This document shows, piece by piece, positions 1 to 7,526 of a DNA stretch of 64,000 nucleotides. The stretch spans positions 2,848,001 through 2,912,000 of the forward strand of contig OY782781.1 of NCBI GenBank assembly GCA_963678315.1, read 5' to 3'. The notes under the pieces are model-generated. The model was not told the DNA's origin. It ran no database searches and saw only the letters and a program-made list of their open reading frames with translations. Numbering within the stretch: the first letter of the stretch is position 1; every line of letters begins with the position of its first letter. Made by a program: the position numbers and the translations under genes. This DNA is from Candidatus Cloacimonadales bacterium (GTDB lineage: Bacteria > Cloacimonadota > Cloacimonadia > Cloacimonadales > JAFGVF01).

Positions 1-174
1 TTCTGAAAGTTCTTCAACCATTCCTGCATTTGTTATTGATATGTTGTTCATAAAAGGTTTTACTCTTTTTGAATAAAGCACAACACCTGTATTTGATATA
101 GATGAAATATTCTTTAAAGTTTCTTCACTAGCAAATCTAATATCTACTGCACCAACATTCTTAATCTTTTTCAT
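1..174 (-). CDS. Hypothetical protein, 5' part only (runs off the window); third gene of the ECF sigma unit
   Basis: ATG at 174 preceded by AAGGAG; open frame MKKIKNVGAVDIRFASEETLKNISSISNTGVVLYS... to position 1. Confidence 0.7.
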   Translation of the reverse strand, partial: MKKIKNVGAVDIRFASEETLKNISSISNTGVVLYSKRVKPFMNNISITNAGMVEELSE

Positions 175-185
175 TTTATTCTCCT

Positions 186-329
186 TTATCTCCAGATGTG
201 GTTTTCTTCTCTTATCTTTTGTAATTCATTCAATTCTTCTTCTGATAACTCTTCCGCATCATTCGTTCGATTGTAAGGTATAATATGACTCACAATCCAC
301 TCACCTAAACTTAGTAATCTGTATTCCAT
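186..329 (-). CDS. 47-aa small protein absent from the ORF track; possible sigma-associated factor
   Basis: AGGAG/AAGGA before ATG 329; MEYRLLSLGEWIVSHIIPYNRTNDAEELSEEELNELQKIREENHIWR*; overlaps the sigma stop, and its own stop overlaps the next RBS. Confidence 0.55.
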   Translation of the reverse strand: MEYRLLSLGEWIVSHIIPYNRTNDAEELSEEELNELQKIREENHIWR

Positions 330-793
330 TTCCTTTCTCCTGCATACATCCTAAGCTTTTTCAATATCTTTGTTAGTTTCCATCTGACTGTAGAAGCAGG
401 AACTTCAAGTTCTTTAGCTACTTCTTTAGAATTCATACCTAGCCAGTATCTACAATGTACAATTTCTCTTTCTTCTTCATCTAATTTGTCCAGTAGCTGT
501 TCGACATATACTTCGAGTTCTGGATTAAAGTTAGATTTTTCTTGAACATCGCTAACAATGTTTAGAAGTTTTTCCTTACGTTTCTTATCAATTAGAATAT
601 TCTTTATTACCTTAAAAAGCCAGCTTCTTACTTGAGATGATTTTAATTGCTTTATCAACAAGGCATTATTAATAATTTTTAGATAACAATCTTGAACAAT
701 GTCGTCAGCCAAACTCTCATCTTTAGTGATGGAGAGTGCATAACATCGCATCATGTCATCATATTTATCAATAATCTCATCTAATATTTGCAT
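311..793 (-). CDS. ECF RNA polymerase sigma-70 factor
   Basis: Region 2 ADDIVQDCYLKI..SWLFKVIKN; region 4 HTH SKEVAKELEVPASTVRWKL; likely start MQILDE after GAGGTG. Confidence 0.9.
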   Translation of the reverse strand: MQILDEIIDKYDDMMRCYALSITKDESLADDIVQDCYLKIINNALLIKQLKSSQVRSWLFKVIKNILIDKKRKEKLLNIVSDVQEKSNFNPELEVYVEQLLDKLDEEEREIVHCRYWLGMNSKEVAKELEVPASTVRWKLTKILKKLRMYAGERKWNTDY

Positions 794-975
794 TGTATCA
801 CCTCTTTTCATAAACTAAGACGTATTAGAGAACAAAAGTGTTGGTACTTTTTGAAATAATTTTACATATAATAGAAAATTCTTGTAAAGGAATATAAATC
901 CCAATGATAATTAAATTGACAAAGTTTGATTTAAGTTAATAATTATCATTAAGTTAAAAGAGGAAAGGAGTATTC

Positions 976-1440
976 ATGATTAAGTTACTTGTATTTTTAC
1001 GATATTTCATCATCTTTGTGGCAGTATTCATGGGATTTTATTATTTAGAAATCAACAAAGAAATAACTATGAAGATAGTTGTTGGAGGAATGGTTGGCTG
1101 TGTTGGACTATTAAGCTTCGTAACTCACGTTATCTTTCATAAGGCTGATGCAAAAAGGCTTGGATGGCAGACTGATAGACCTGACTGGCAATTTGAAGTA
1201 GGCTTTGCAAACTTAGCATTCGGAATTTCTGCCTTATTATCTCTTACTTCTTATCTACCAGCTAGATCTGGCATAGTTATAACCATAGCCTATGCACTTT
1301 ACCTTTTTCAGGCAGCTATTCTCCATGGAATTAGAGCACTTCAATCAACACCAATAAAGCTAAAGAAATTAATTCTTAGTTCAGGACTAACATTCGTATT
1401 TGTTTTCTTCATGATCTACTTCACATGTCTCACCTATTAG
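976..1440 (+). CDS. Integral membrane protein (DUF6790-like)
   Basis: About 5 hydrophobic segments; H..F...AKRLGW...WQFEVGFANLAFG motif; AAGGAG RBS. Confidence 0.6.
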   Translation: MIKLLVFLRYFIIFVAVFMGFYYLEINKEITMKIVVGGMVGCVGLLSFVTHVIFHKADAKRLGWQTDRPDWQFEVGFANLAFGISALLSLTSYLPARSGIVITIAYALYLFQAAILHGIRALQSTPIKLKKLILSSGLTFVFVFFMIYFTCLTY

Positions 1441-1871
1441 AACTTTAATCTCTGACTTAACTCCCACAAGGCTGTCTTATTGCTGTCATACTTCAACATT
1501 TCCATAGCTTGATCATAGCTAACCCAGCTATATTCTGAATGTTCATCTGAGATAGTAACTTCTTGCTCTACTAGCTCTATGGCGAAGCTATGTTCTGTGA
1601 CAGTATAAACATTCTCTGGCCAATCTTGCTTAAATATATCAGCCCTCACCGAGCACATTGAATCTAGTGATATTATCTGCTTATAATTCACTATTTGAGC
1701 CTCTTCCCTACACTCTCTTATTGCCGTTTCAAGATAAGTTTCATTATCTTCAACCCCTCCAGCAATCCATTGCCATATCTGTGCCCTCTTGCGCTTGAAG
1801 ATAGCAAACTTCATCCCTTGATCTGTTTTTAGATATGGAATCACTAATACATTATGCGGTTGTCTTCCCAT
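1437..1871 (-). CDS. NUDIX hydrolase (dATP/dihydroneopterin triphosphate pyrophosphohydrolase-like)
   Basis: Nudix box GGVEDNETYLETAIRECREEA, SDEHSEYSW; likely start MGRQP at 1871. Confidence 0.85.
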   Translation of the reverse strand: MGRQPHNVLVIPYLKTDQGMKFAIFKRKRAQIWQWIAGGVEDNETYLETAIRECREEAQIVNYKQIISLDSMCSVRADIFKQDWPENVYTVTEHSFAIELVEQEVTISDEHSEYSWVSYDQAMEMLKYDSNKTALWELSQRLKF

Positions 1872-1949
1872 TAAATTTCCTTTATTTATTTTTCTTAATG
1901 CAATCATTGACAGATTACCCTTGTTTAAGAAACATAAATTGAGGATATT

Positions 1950-2474
1950 ATGAAAAATAGTCAAGCAAAGATTCAAGTTTATACAGGTAATGGAAAAGGC
2001 AAAACTACAGCTGCAATAGGTTTAGCTATTAGAGCAGTTGGACATGACTTAAAGGTTTTTATTGGTCAGTTCATGAAAGGTAGCTTTTATGGAGAACTCA
2101 GAACCCTAGAAGATATTCCAAACATTGACATAGTTCAATTTGGAAGTCCTGATTGCATTAGAAAAGAAGATGTTACAGAGTTTCATAAGAAGAAAGCAGA
2201 GGAAGGTTTAGCCTATTGCCATAGAGCGATTAGCAGTGGAGAATATGATCTAGTTATTCTTGACGAAATAAATGTTACTATCTGGTTTGAGCTCTTAGCT
2301 TTAGAAGATGTCTTAGTTATTATCAAAGATAAGCCTAATAATGTTGAGCTAGTCCTTACAGGTAGATACGCTCCTCAAGAAATCATCAATATAGCTGATT
2401 TAGTTACTGAGATGAAAGAGATAAAACACTACTATTCTCATGGCATAGAAGCAAGAGATGGAATAGAAAGATAG
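1950..2474 (+). CDS. cobO: Cob(I)yrinic acid a,c-diamide adenosyltransferase (CobO/BtuR)
   Basis: YTGNGKGKTTAAIG, QFMKG, LVILDEIN, ELVLTGR, ADLVTEM..IKH motifs. Confidence 0.93.
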   Translation: MKNSQAKIQVYTGNGKGKTTAAIGLAIRAVGHDLKVFIGQFMKGSFYGELRTLEDIPNIDIVQFGSPDCIRKEDVTEFHKKKAEEGLAYCHRAISSGEYDLVILDEINVTIWFELLALEDVLVIIKDKPNNVELVLTGRYAPQEIINIADLVTEMKEIKHYYSHGIEARDGIER

Positions 2475-3950
2475 TTATTTTAGAAGTAATATTTTTGACG
2501 TTTTAACTTGTTTTTTTGTTTTTACTTTAACAAGATATAGTCCGTTTGCAAAGCCATTCAAAGAAATACTTTCGCCTTTATTTCTAACACTAAGTGTTCT
2601 TAGTTTCTGCCCTTTAACATTGTATATTTCCACTTTTTGCAAAGAATCATCAGCTTCAACTCGTAAATGTTGATTTTTTCCAACAACAGAAGGATAAACA
2701 TAGACTTCTGGAACCATAGGAGACAAGTCATCAGAGTTAGGTGTTGCATCTAACCATTGTTCAATTACTTGAAAGACACCTTCTTCTAAGTCGTAAAAAC
2801 TATTTCCTTGGGCATAATTAGCACCATTAGTGATAAAGATAATCCCTATATCTCTTTCAAGATTATAGTACATATCACTTATAAGACCATAAGCTTCCCC
2901 AGCATGACCAATAAAAAGCTCTCCAGTAAACAAATCATAAGTTCTTTGAAGCTGTAATCCCATTTCCGTAAAGAAGCCACCTAAGCCAGATCCGTTCCAG
3001 TTGATATCTTCCATTAAGCCTATAGTGAAAGGAGATAATACTTCAACATCTCCATAATTCCCCCTATTCTTATACATAATAAGAATTTTTGCTAAGTCTT
3101 GTCCGCTTATTCTTAAGTTTCCCTGTGGACCATACATCAAAGCATTAGAGCCTATTGGCATATTATCATAGTCTAACTCCGTAGGAGTCACTCCATTATA
3201 GTCATCAACTTGTGCTTGAGGATTTCCCCCATAAATTCTATATAATACTGCTAAATCATTAATATCTGAAAGATTAGAGAAGTTACCCCAACAATAATCA
3301 ATATCCAGCGGTTCAAATAGTATTTCATCAAGATAATCATGAAAATGCTGATTACTCACACTTTCTATAATAGTGGCTAAAACACCAGAGCCCAAATTAG
3401 AATAGTCCCAGCCTGAAAAGCTTCCAGGAGCATGAGTACTTGACCACACATTGCTTTGATAATACTGTCCAGAAGCTAAGAACAACTCTGATATACTAGG
3501 GGGATTATTGTTATAAGAAGCTGATTGAAAATTGCTATATCCATTACCGTCTCTGATTGATGAGATATGAGTCATAATATCTCTTACGGTAATTTCAACT
3601 TCCGGGAAGTTAGGGTTTCTAAACTCAAATCCAAGATAGCTAGAAACATCTGTGTCGAGTTCTAACAGACCTTCTTCAACCAGTTTCATAGCTCCAATAG
3701 CAGTAATAATCTTCGATATCGAAGCTATTCTATATTTCGTATTAGAATTAACTCTTAACTGTCTTTCATAGTCTCTAAAGCCAAAAGAAAATTCATGACT
3801 ATCATTGCCTTCAACTAATAAAACTGTTGCTCCAATTGTATCATATTCTTGTATTACATCAAATAACCTTGCATCTAAATCATTATAATCCTGACCATTA
3901 AGCAAGCACGAAATAAGCAAAAGCATTATCATTAATATATATTTTATCAT
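2475..3950 (-). CDS. Secreted serine hydrolase (beta-lactamase/AmpC-like family) with C-terminal sorting domain
   Basis: Signal peptide; RIASISK (SxxK), YSN, GHAG motifs; C-terminal VYPS..IYNVKGQK..GLYLVKV..KILLLK. Confidence 0.85.
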   Translation of the reverse strand: MIKYILMIMLLLISCLLNGQDYNDLDARLFDVIQEYDTIGATVLLVEGNDSHEFSFGFRDYERQLRVNSNTKYRIASISKIITAIGAMKLVEEGLLELDTDVSSYLGFEFRNPNFPEVEITVRDIMTHISSIRDGNGYSNFQSASYNNNPPSISELFLASGQYYQSNVWSSTHAPGSFSGWDYSNLGSGVLATIIESVSNQHFHDYLDEILFEPLDIDYCWGNFSNLSDINDLAVLYRIYGGNPQAQVDDYNGVTPTELDYDNMPIGSNALMYGPQGNLRISGQDLAKILIMYKNRGNYGDVEVLSPFTIGLMEDINWNGSGLGGFFTEMGLQLQRTYDLFTGELFIGHAGEAYGLISDMYYNLERDIGIIFITNGANYAQGNSFYDLEEGVFQVIEQWLDATPNSDDLSPMVPEVYVYPSVVGKNQHLRVEADDSLQKVEIYNVKGQKLRTLSVRNKGESISLNGFANGLYLVKVKTKKQVKTSKILLLK

Positions 3951-4111
3951 TATTTATTATCCTCACTAACATAATCTAAGAAGAGAATATCTTGTCTAGT
4001 GAATTCCGCACGCTAGAAGCATGTGATCCAAAACAGTAGCTTTCCTTACTAGCCTCCTGCATTAAATGACTTTTTAATGGAGGAGGTCAATAAGTTTAAG
4101 CTGTTTTTAGC

Positions 4112-4143
4112 AAAAAAAAGAGGTGCTACAAAAGCACCTCTTT
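4112..4143 (-). terminator. Rho-independent terminator after the glucan phosphorylase gene
   Basis: AAAGAGGTGCT/AGCACCTCTTT stem followed by a T run on the minus strand. Confidence 0.8.
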
Positions 4144-4159
4144 GGGTATCAGCATCATC

Positions 4160-7100
4160 TTATTTCAGTGTTACGTATATTTTCTCTACTTGCCTATCTC
4201 TAATTGCTTCTACAATATCTCCTGAGAGCTTAGAATCATTATAAGTTTTTTCTGAACCATTCAAGAAAGTAATTTTATATGAAGTAATTTTAGCTTTATC
4301 TTGGCCATAAGTATTTTTACGTTGCGGATTATGATAAGTTACTAATATCTTTCCTAAGAAGATAAAACTGAAGCTATCTTTATCAACAAATTCTTCTTCA
4401 AGTTTTCCATTCTTATAGAGTTTCACTCTCTTTTCTTCATTGGTAAATAGCCAGCTAGGTAGAACAGGACTTAAACTAAACTCAAGTTGATTATTTAGGG
4501 TAAATGGGGTCTTACCTTGAATCATTATAAGCAAAATATTAATGAATTCTGCTGTTGCTCCACTAAGTCTTGCCACATAACCACCACCATGAATATCTGG
4601 ATCTGGGTTTGCTGAAGAAACAATGAATGATGAGTTTTCTAAGATACTTCGACCATACATCTCAGGCTTCAAGAATGGAATAAGAACTTTCTTGAAATCA
4701 TGGAAGAAATCCTCATAAAGACCACTCTTAAGCATTTCAAGAATATATTTATATTCCATGTGTAGCCAAATAGATTCATTTTCAAACCAACCAGGTGAAA
4801 ATGTTCTTGCTCTTCCAATTTCATCAGGTTCTGTATCTAGGCATTCATTTACCTTGTACATGTTTAGCTTTCTATCATAGAGACCGCTCTGACGGATATT
4901 CTTTACTAGTTGTCTAGATTTTTCAATATTTTTATTAGAACGTAGATAGTGGACTGGTCCTTCTAAGAACAAAGGTAAAGCCCTATGTCTAAACTTTGTA
5001 ACCTTATAGCAGAGAAATCCTTTAGGGCTGGTTTTAGGAGTCTTTGTATTTCCCTTACCTTCTTCGATTATGTGATAGTCTTCAATTTCATTCACAAAAT
5101 AAGAAGAGATAATACCTTTTTCTTTATCCCAAGCTTTTTCAATAGCTAGGTTAAGTTTATCCAATCCAGCATTTAGGAAATCCATTAGATAGCTTTTCTT
5201 AACATACACTTCTTCTCCGGAAATACCAAGTCTAGTTCTTTTACGATACTCTTCTTTCAAGCTAGAAGCATTATCCCAAAAGTCAAAAGCATTCAGCTTG
5301 TGTTTAGTTAGTGATATATAAGAATTTATAAAATCGTACATTTCTGTGAAGATAGCAAATGAAGCATTGATATCATAGAATTCATCTAAGCTTTCTATCA
5401 AGAATTGAATATTACGTTTTATTTCAAGCGTTTCATTCAGACTAGAACCAATAATTCCTGGTAAACCATTAAGGGCATCATACCAGTTAGGTTTATCAGA
5501 TTCCATCTCAACGCCAACACCTTCAGAATCTAAAGAAGTAAGCTTGTTTATAACAATATTAAGCATCTTGTTGAGGAGATTTGTATGATAAATCTCTTTT
5601 GTTCCATAGCCTGTTCTTACAAGATTGGGGTTAGATTCACGTTGGCCTATTAGATTCTCTTTCTCAGTATCTAAAGCAACAGAGTCTAATTGCATTGGCC
5701 TGTCATTCCAGATAACATATTTTTCATCCCTTGGTTTAACGGTATGAGGGTTATCATAGAAAGTAAATACTTTATCTTCAAACAATATGCTCTTTTTATT
5801 CTCAGGGTAGACTGCTAAGTAATTCTCAAGTAAATCTAGATTGTAAGTCCAATGGTCAGTCCAATAGCCTTCACCATGCTCTGTTCCATACTCTTTATGA
5901 CAGCATTCCAGAATTTCTCCCATGAAATCATCTGTTGTTTTCGGAAGATCAAGAGTAGATTCTTTGAGATATTCCATAAATTCACCTGGTGTAAAAGGCT
6001 TCTTTAAGAAGTCAAGGATAGCACTACAATCATCACAATTTAGATACTTACTCAGAACTGAACTAAGTTTAACTTTATCCTGAATAGTAAATCTAATTTC
6101 TTTGATAACCAAAGGATTAAATCCATCTAACTGGATTAAATTATAGAATTGGATGAGATTACTCTCTTTAACATCTGGATTAAAGAAAAGATCACTTCGT
6201 CTATTCTGATTAACATCTCTATAGTTACCATTACCTTGAGAATATTGTGTTGCTTTCAATCTAAAGTCATTATAATCTCTTTCTAAGTCACCATGTTTCC
6301 TAGAATATAGGTGCAAGGTCGTTGTCTTTTCCTTTCCTTTAAATGAGAATGGAAAACCACCTCTTAGAGCATTATCCAAGAAATTAGTTCTAGCATAGTT
6401 ATTAAAGATTGGATCATCACTAAGGATGAAGTTATTCTGAGTTAATTCTCTGATGATACGTCTATTCTCTGCATCTTTCTTGTTAACATAACTGTTCTTG
6501 CTAATGGTAGGGATTAATAGGTTAAGCTCTTCAACTGAAGCTGCTTGACCAATAATAGTGGTAACTTCATATTCTGAATGTGGAGCAATGCGCCTTTTAA
6601 ATCTGCCCATTGCACAAGGTAATCTATTCTCTAATATTTGATTGTCAGCTATTTCATCATAAGTCTTAGCTAAAAAGTTTTCAGGGTAATTATAGTCGCC
6701 TCTAATTCCAAAGACCTTTACTGGATCAACTATTGGTGTAAGTAACTTACTAGTAGAATCTTCACTTTCAAAAGCAAGATAGAAGTTACCTTTCTTAACC
6801 TTTATAACATCAGGGGTGTCACTAGGTAAAACTTTACTCTTAAAGAAAGGAGCTTTATTCTCGTGATTAACAACTTCTACAAAAGCTTCAAACAGACGCC
6901 TAAGATTCTTTAAACCAAAGTTGTTTATACCGTAAGGTACTATCATAGGAAGACCATCTAATCCTTCCAAGTCTATTGCTTTATCGTTTAAATTCTTTAT
7001 CTTTAGCTTTCTAATTAAGCCTGCAAACTTGTCCTGAGGAACATTAAAATACTCAACTGAGAACTGCAATCCTAAGGTCTTGTTTTTCTCAACAAGTGTT

Positions 7101-7474
7101 AACTTAGAAGAAGTAATCTTCATCTTCTGTTTAAGTCGCATATTCCTATTTTGATAATGATCTTGGAATGGTTCATAGAATGACCCATCACTGAACTTTA
7201 AGAAAGTCCGAAAGCCTTGTGTAGAAGTTAAATTGTATGCCCAGTTAGCTGGCAAGAATTCCATGATTGGATTATGTTTACCTTCGAGGCCAATACTACA
7301 TACACATTGTCCTCTATTAACATAGAAAGCCCACATTGGAATACCATTTTTCCCAGCTACTCCAGGGAAGAAAGAAGAGAACAACTTTGAAGAATTATAG
7401 TTATTAATTACAAATTCTCCAGAATTATTCAATTTATATTTTACTTTTTTATTGCTAGTCAAAGCTACCTCCAT
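4160..7474 (-). CDS. Beta-1,3-glucan phosphorylase, GH161-like
   Basis: About 1100 aa, no signal peptide; FSSFFPGVAGKNGIPMWAFYVNRGQ, YSRKHGDLERDYN, KPNWYDALNGLPG, ENESIWLHMEYKY, ARLSGATAEF; context of beta-1,3-glucanases; true start may be TTG 7462 after GGAGG. Confidence 0.8.
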   Translation of the reverse strand: MEVALTSNKKVKYKLNNSGEFVINNYNSSKLFSSFFPGVAGKNGIPMWAFYVNRGQCVCSIGLEGKHNPIMEFLPANWAYNLTSTQGFRTFLKFSDGSFYEPFQDHYQNRNMRLKQKMKITSSKLTLVEKNKTLGLQFSVEYFNVPQDKFAGLIRKLKIKNLNDKAIDLEGLDGLPMIVPYGINNFGLKNLRRLFEAFVEVVNHENKAPFFKSKVLPSDTPDVIKVKKGNFYLAFESEDSTSKLLTPIVDPVKVFGIRGDYNYPENFLAKTYDEIADNQILENRLPCAMGRFKRRIAPHSEYEVTTIIGQAASVEELNLLIPTISKNSYVNKKDAENRRIIRELTQNNFILSDDPIFNNYARTNFLDNALRGGFPFSFKGKEKTTTLHLYSRKHGDLERDYNDFRLKATQYSQGNGNYRDVNQNRRSDLFFNPDVKESNLIQFYNLIQLDGFNPLVIKEIRFTIQDKVKLSSVLSKYLNCDDCSAILDFLKKPFTPGEFMEYLKESTLDLPKTTDDFMGEILECCHKEYGTEHGEGYWTDHWTYNLDLLENYLAVYPENKKSILFEDKVFTFYDNPHTVKPRDEKYVIWNDRPMQLDSVALDTEKENLIGQRESNPNLVRTGYGTKEIYHTNLLNKMLNIVINKLTSLDSEGVGVEMESDKPNWYDALNGLPGIIGSSLNETLEIKRNIQFLIESLDEFYDINASFAIFTEMYDFINSYISLTKHKLNAFDFWDNASSLKEEYRKRTRLGISGEEVYVKKSYLMDFLNAGLDKLNLAIEKAWDKEKGIISSYFVNEIEDYHIIEEGKGNTKTPKTSPKGFLCYKVTKFRHRALPLFLEGPVHYLRSNKNIEKSRQLVKNIRQSGLYDRKLNMYKVNECLDTEPDEIGRARTFSPGWFENESIWLHMEYKYILEMLKSGLYEDFFHDFKKVLIPFLKPEMYGRSILENSSFIVSSANPDPDIHGGGYVARLSGATAEFINILLIMIQGKTPFTLNNQLEFSLSPVLPSWLFTNEEKRVKLYKNGKLEEEFVDKDSFSFIFLGKILVTYHNPQRKNTYGQDKAKITSYKITFLNGSEKTYNDSKLSGDIVEAIRDRQVEKIYVTLK

Positions 7475-7491
7475 GAGAGTTCTTTAAAATA

Positions 7492-7515
7492 GGGAGTGCT
7501 AGTTAAAGCACCCCC
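7492..7515 (-). terminator. Intra-operon stem-loop (weak terminator or RNA stabiliser)
   Basis: Minus strand GGGGGTGCT-TTAACT-AGCACTCCC then TATTTT. Confidence 0.55.
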
Positions 7516-7526
7516 AATAAATTATT

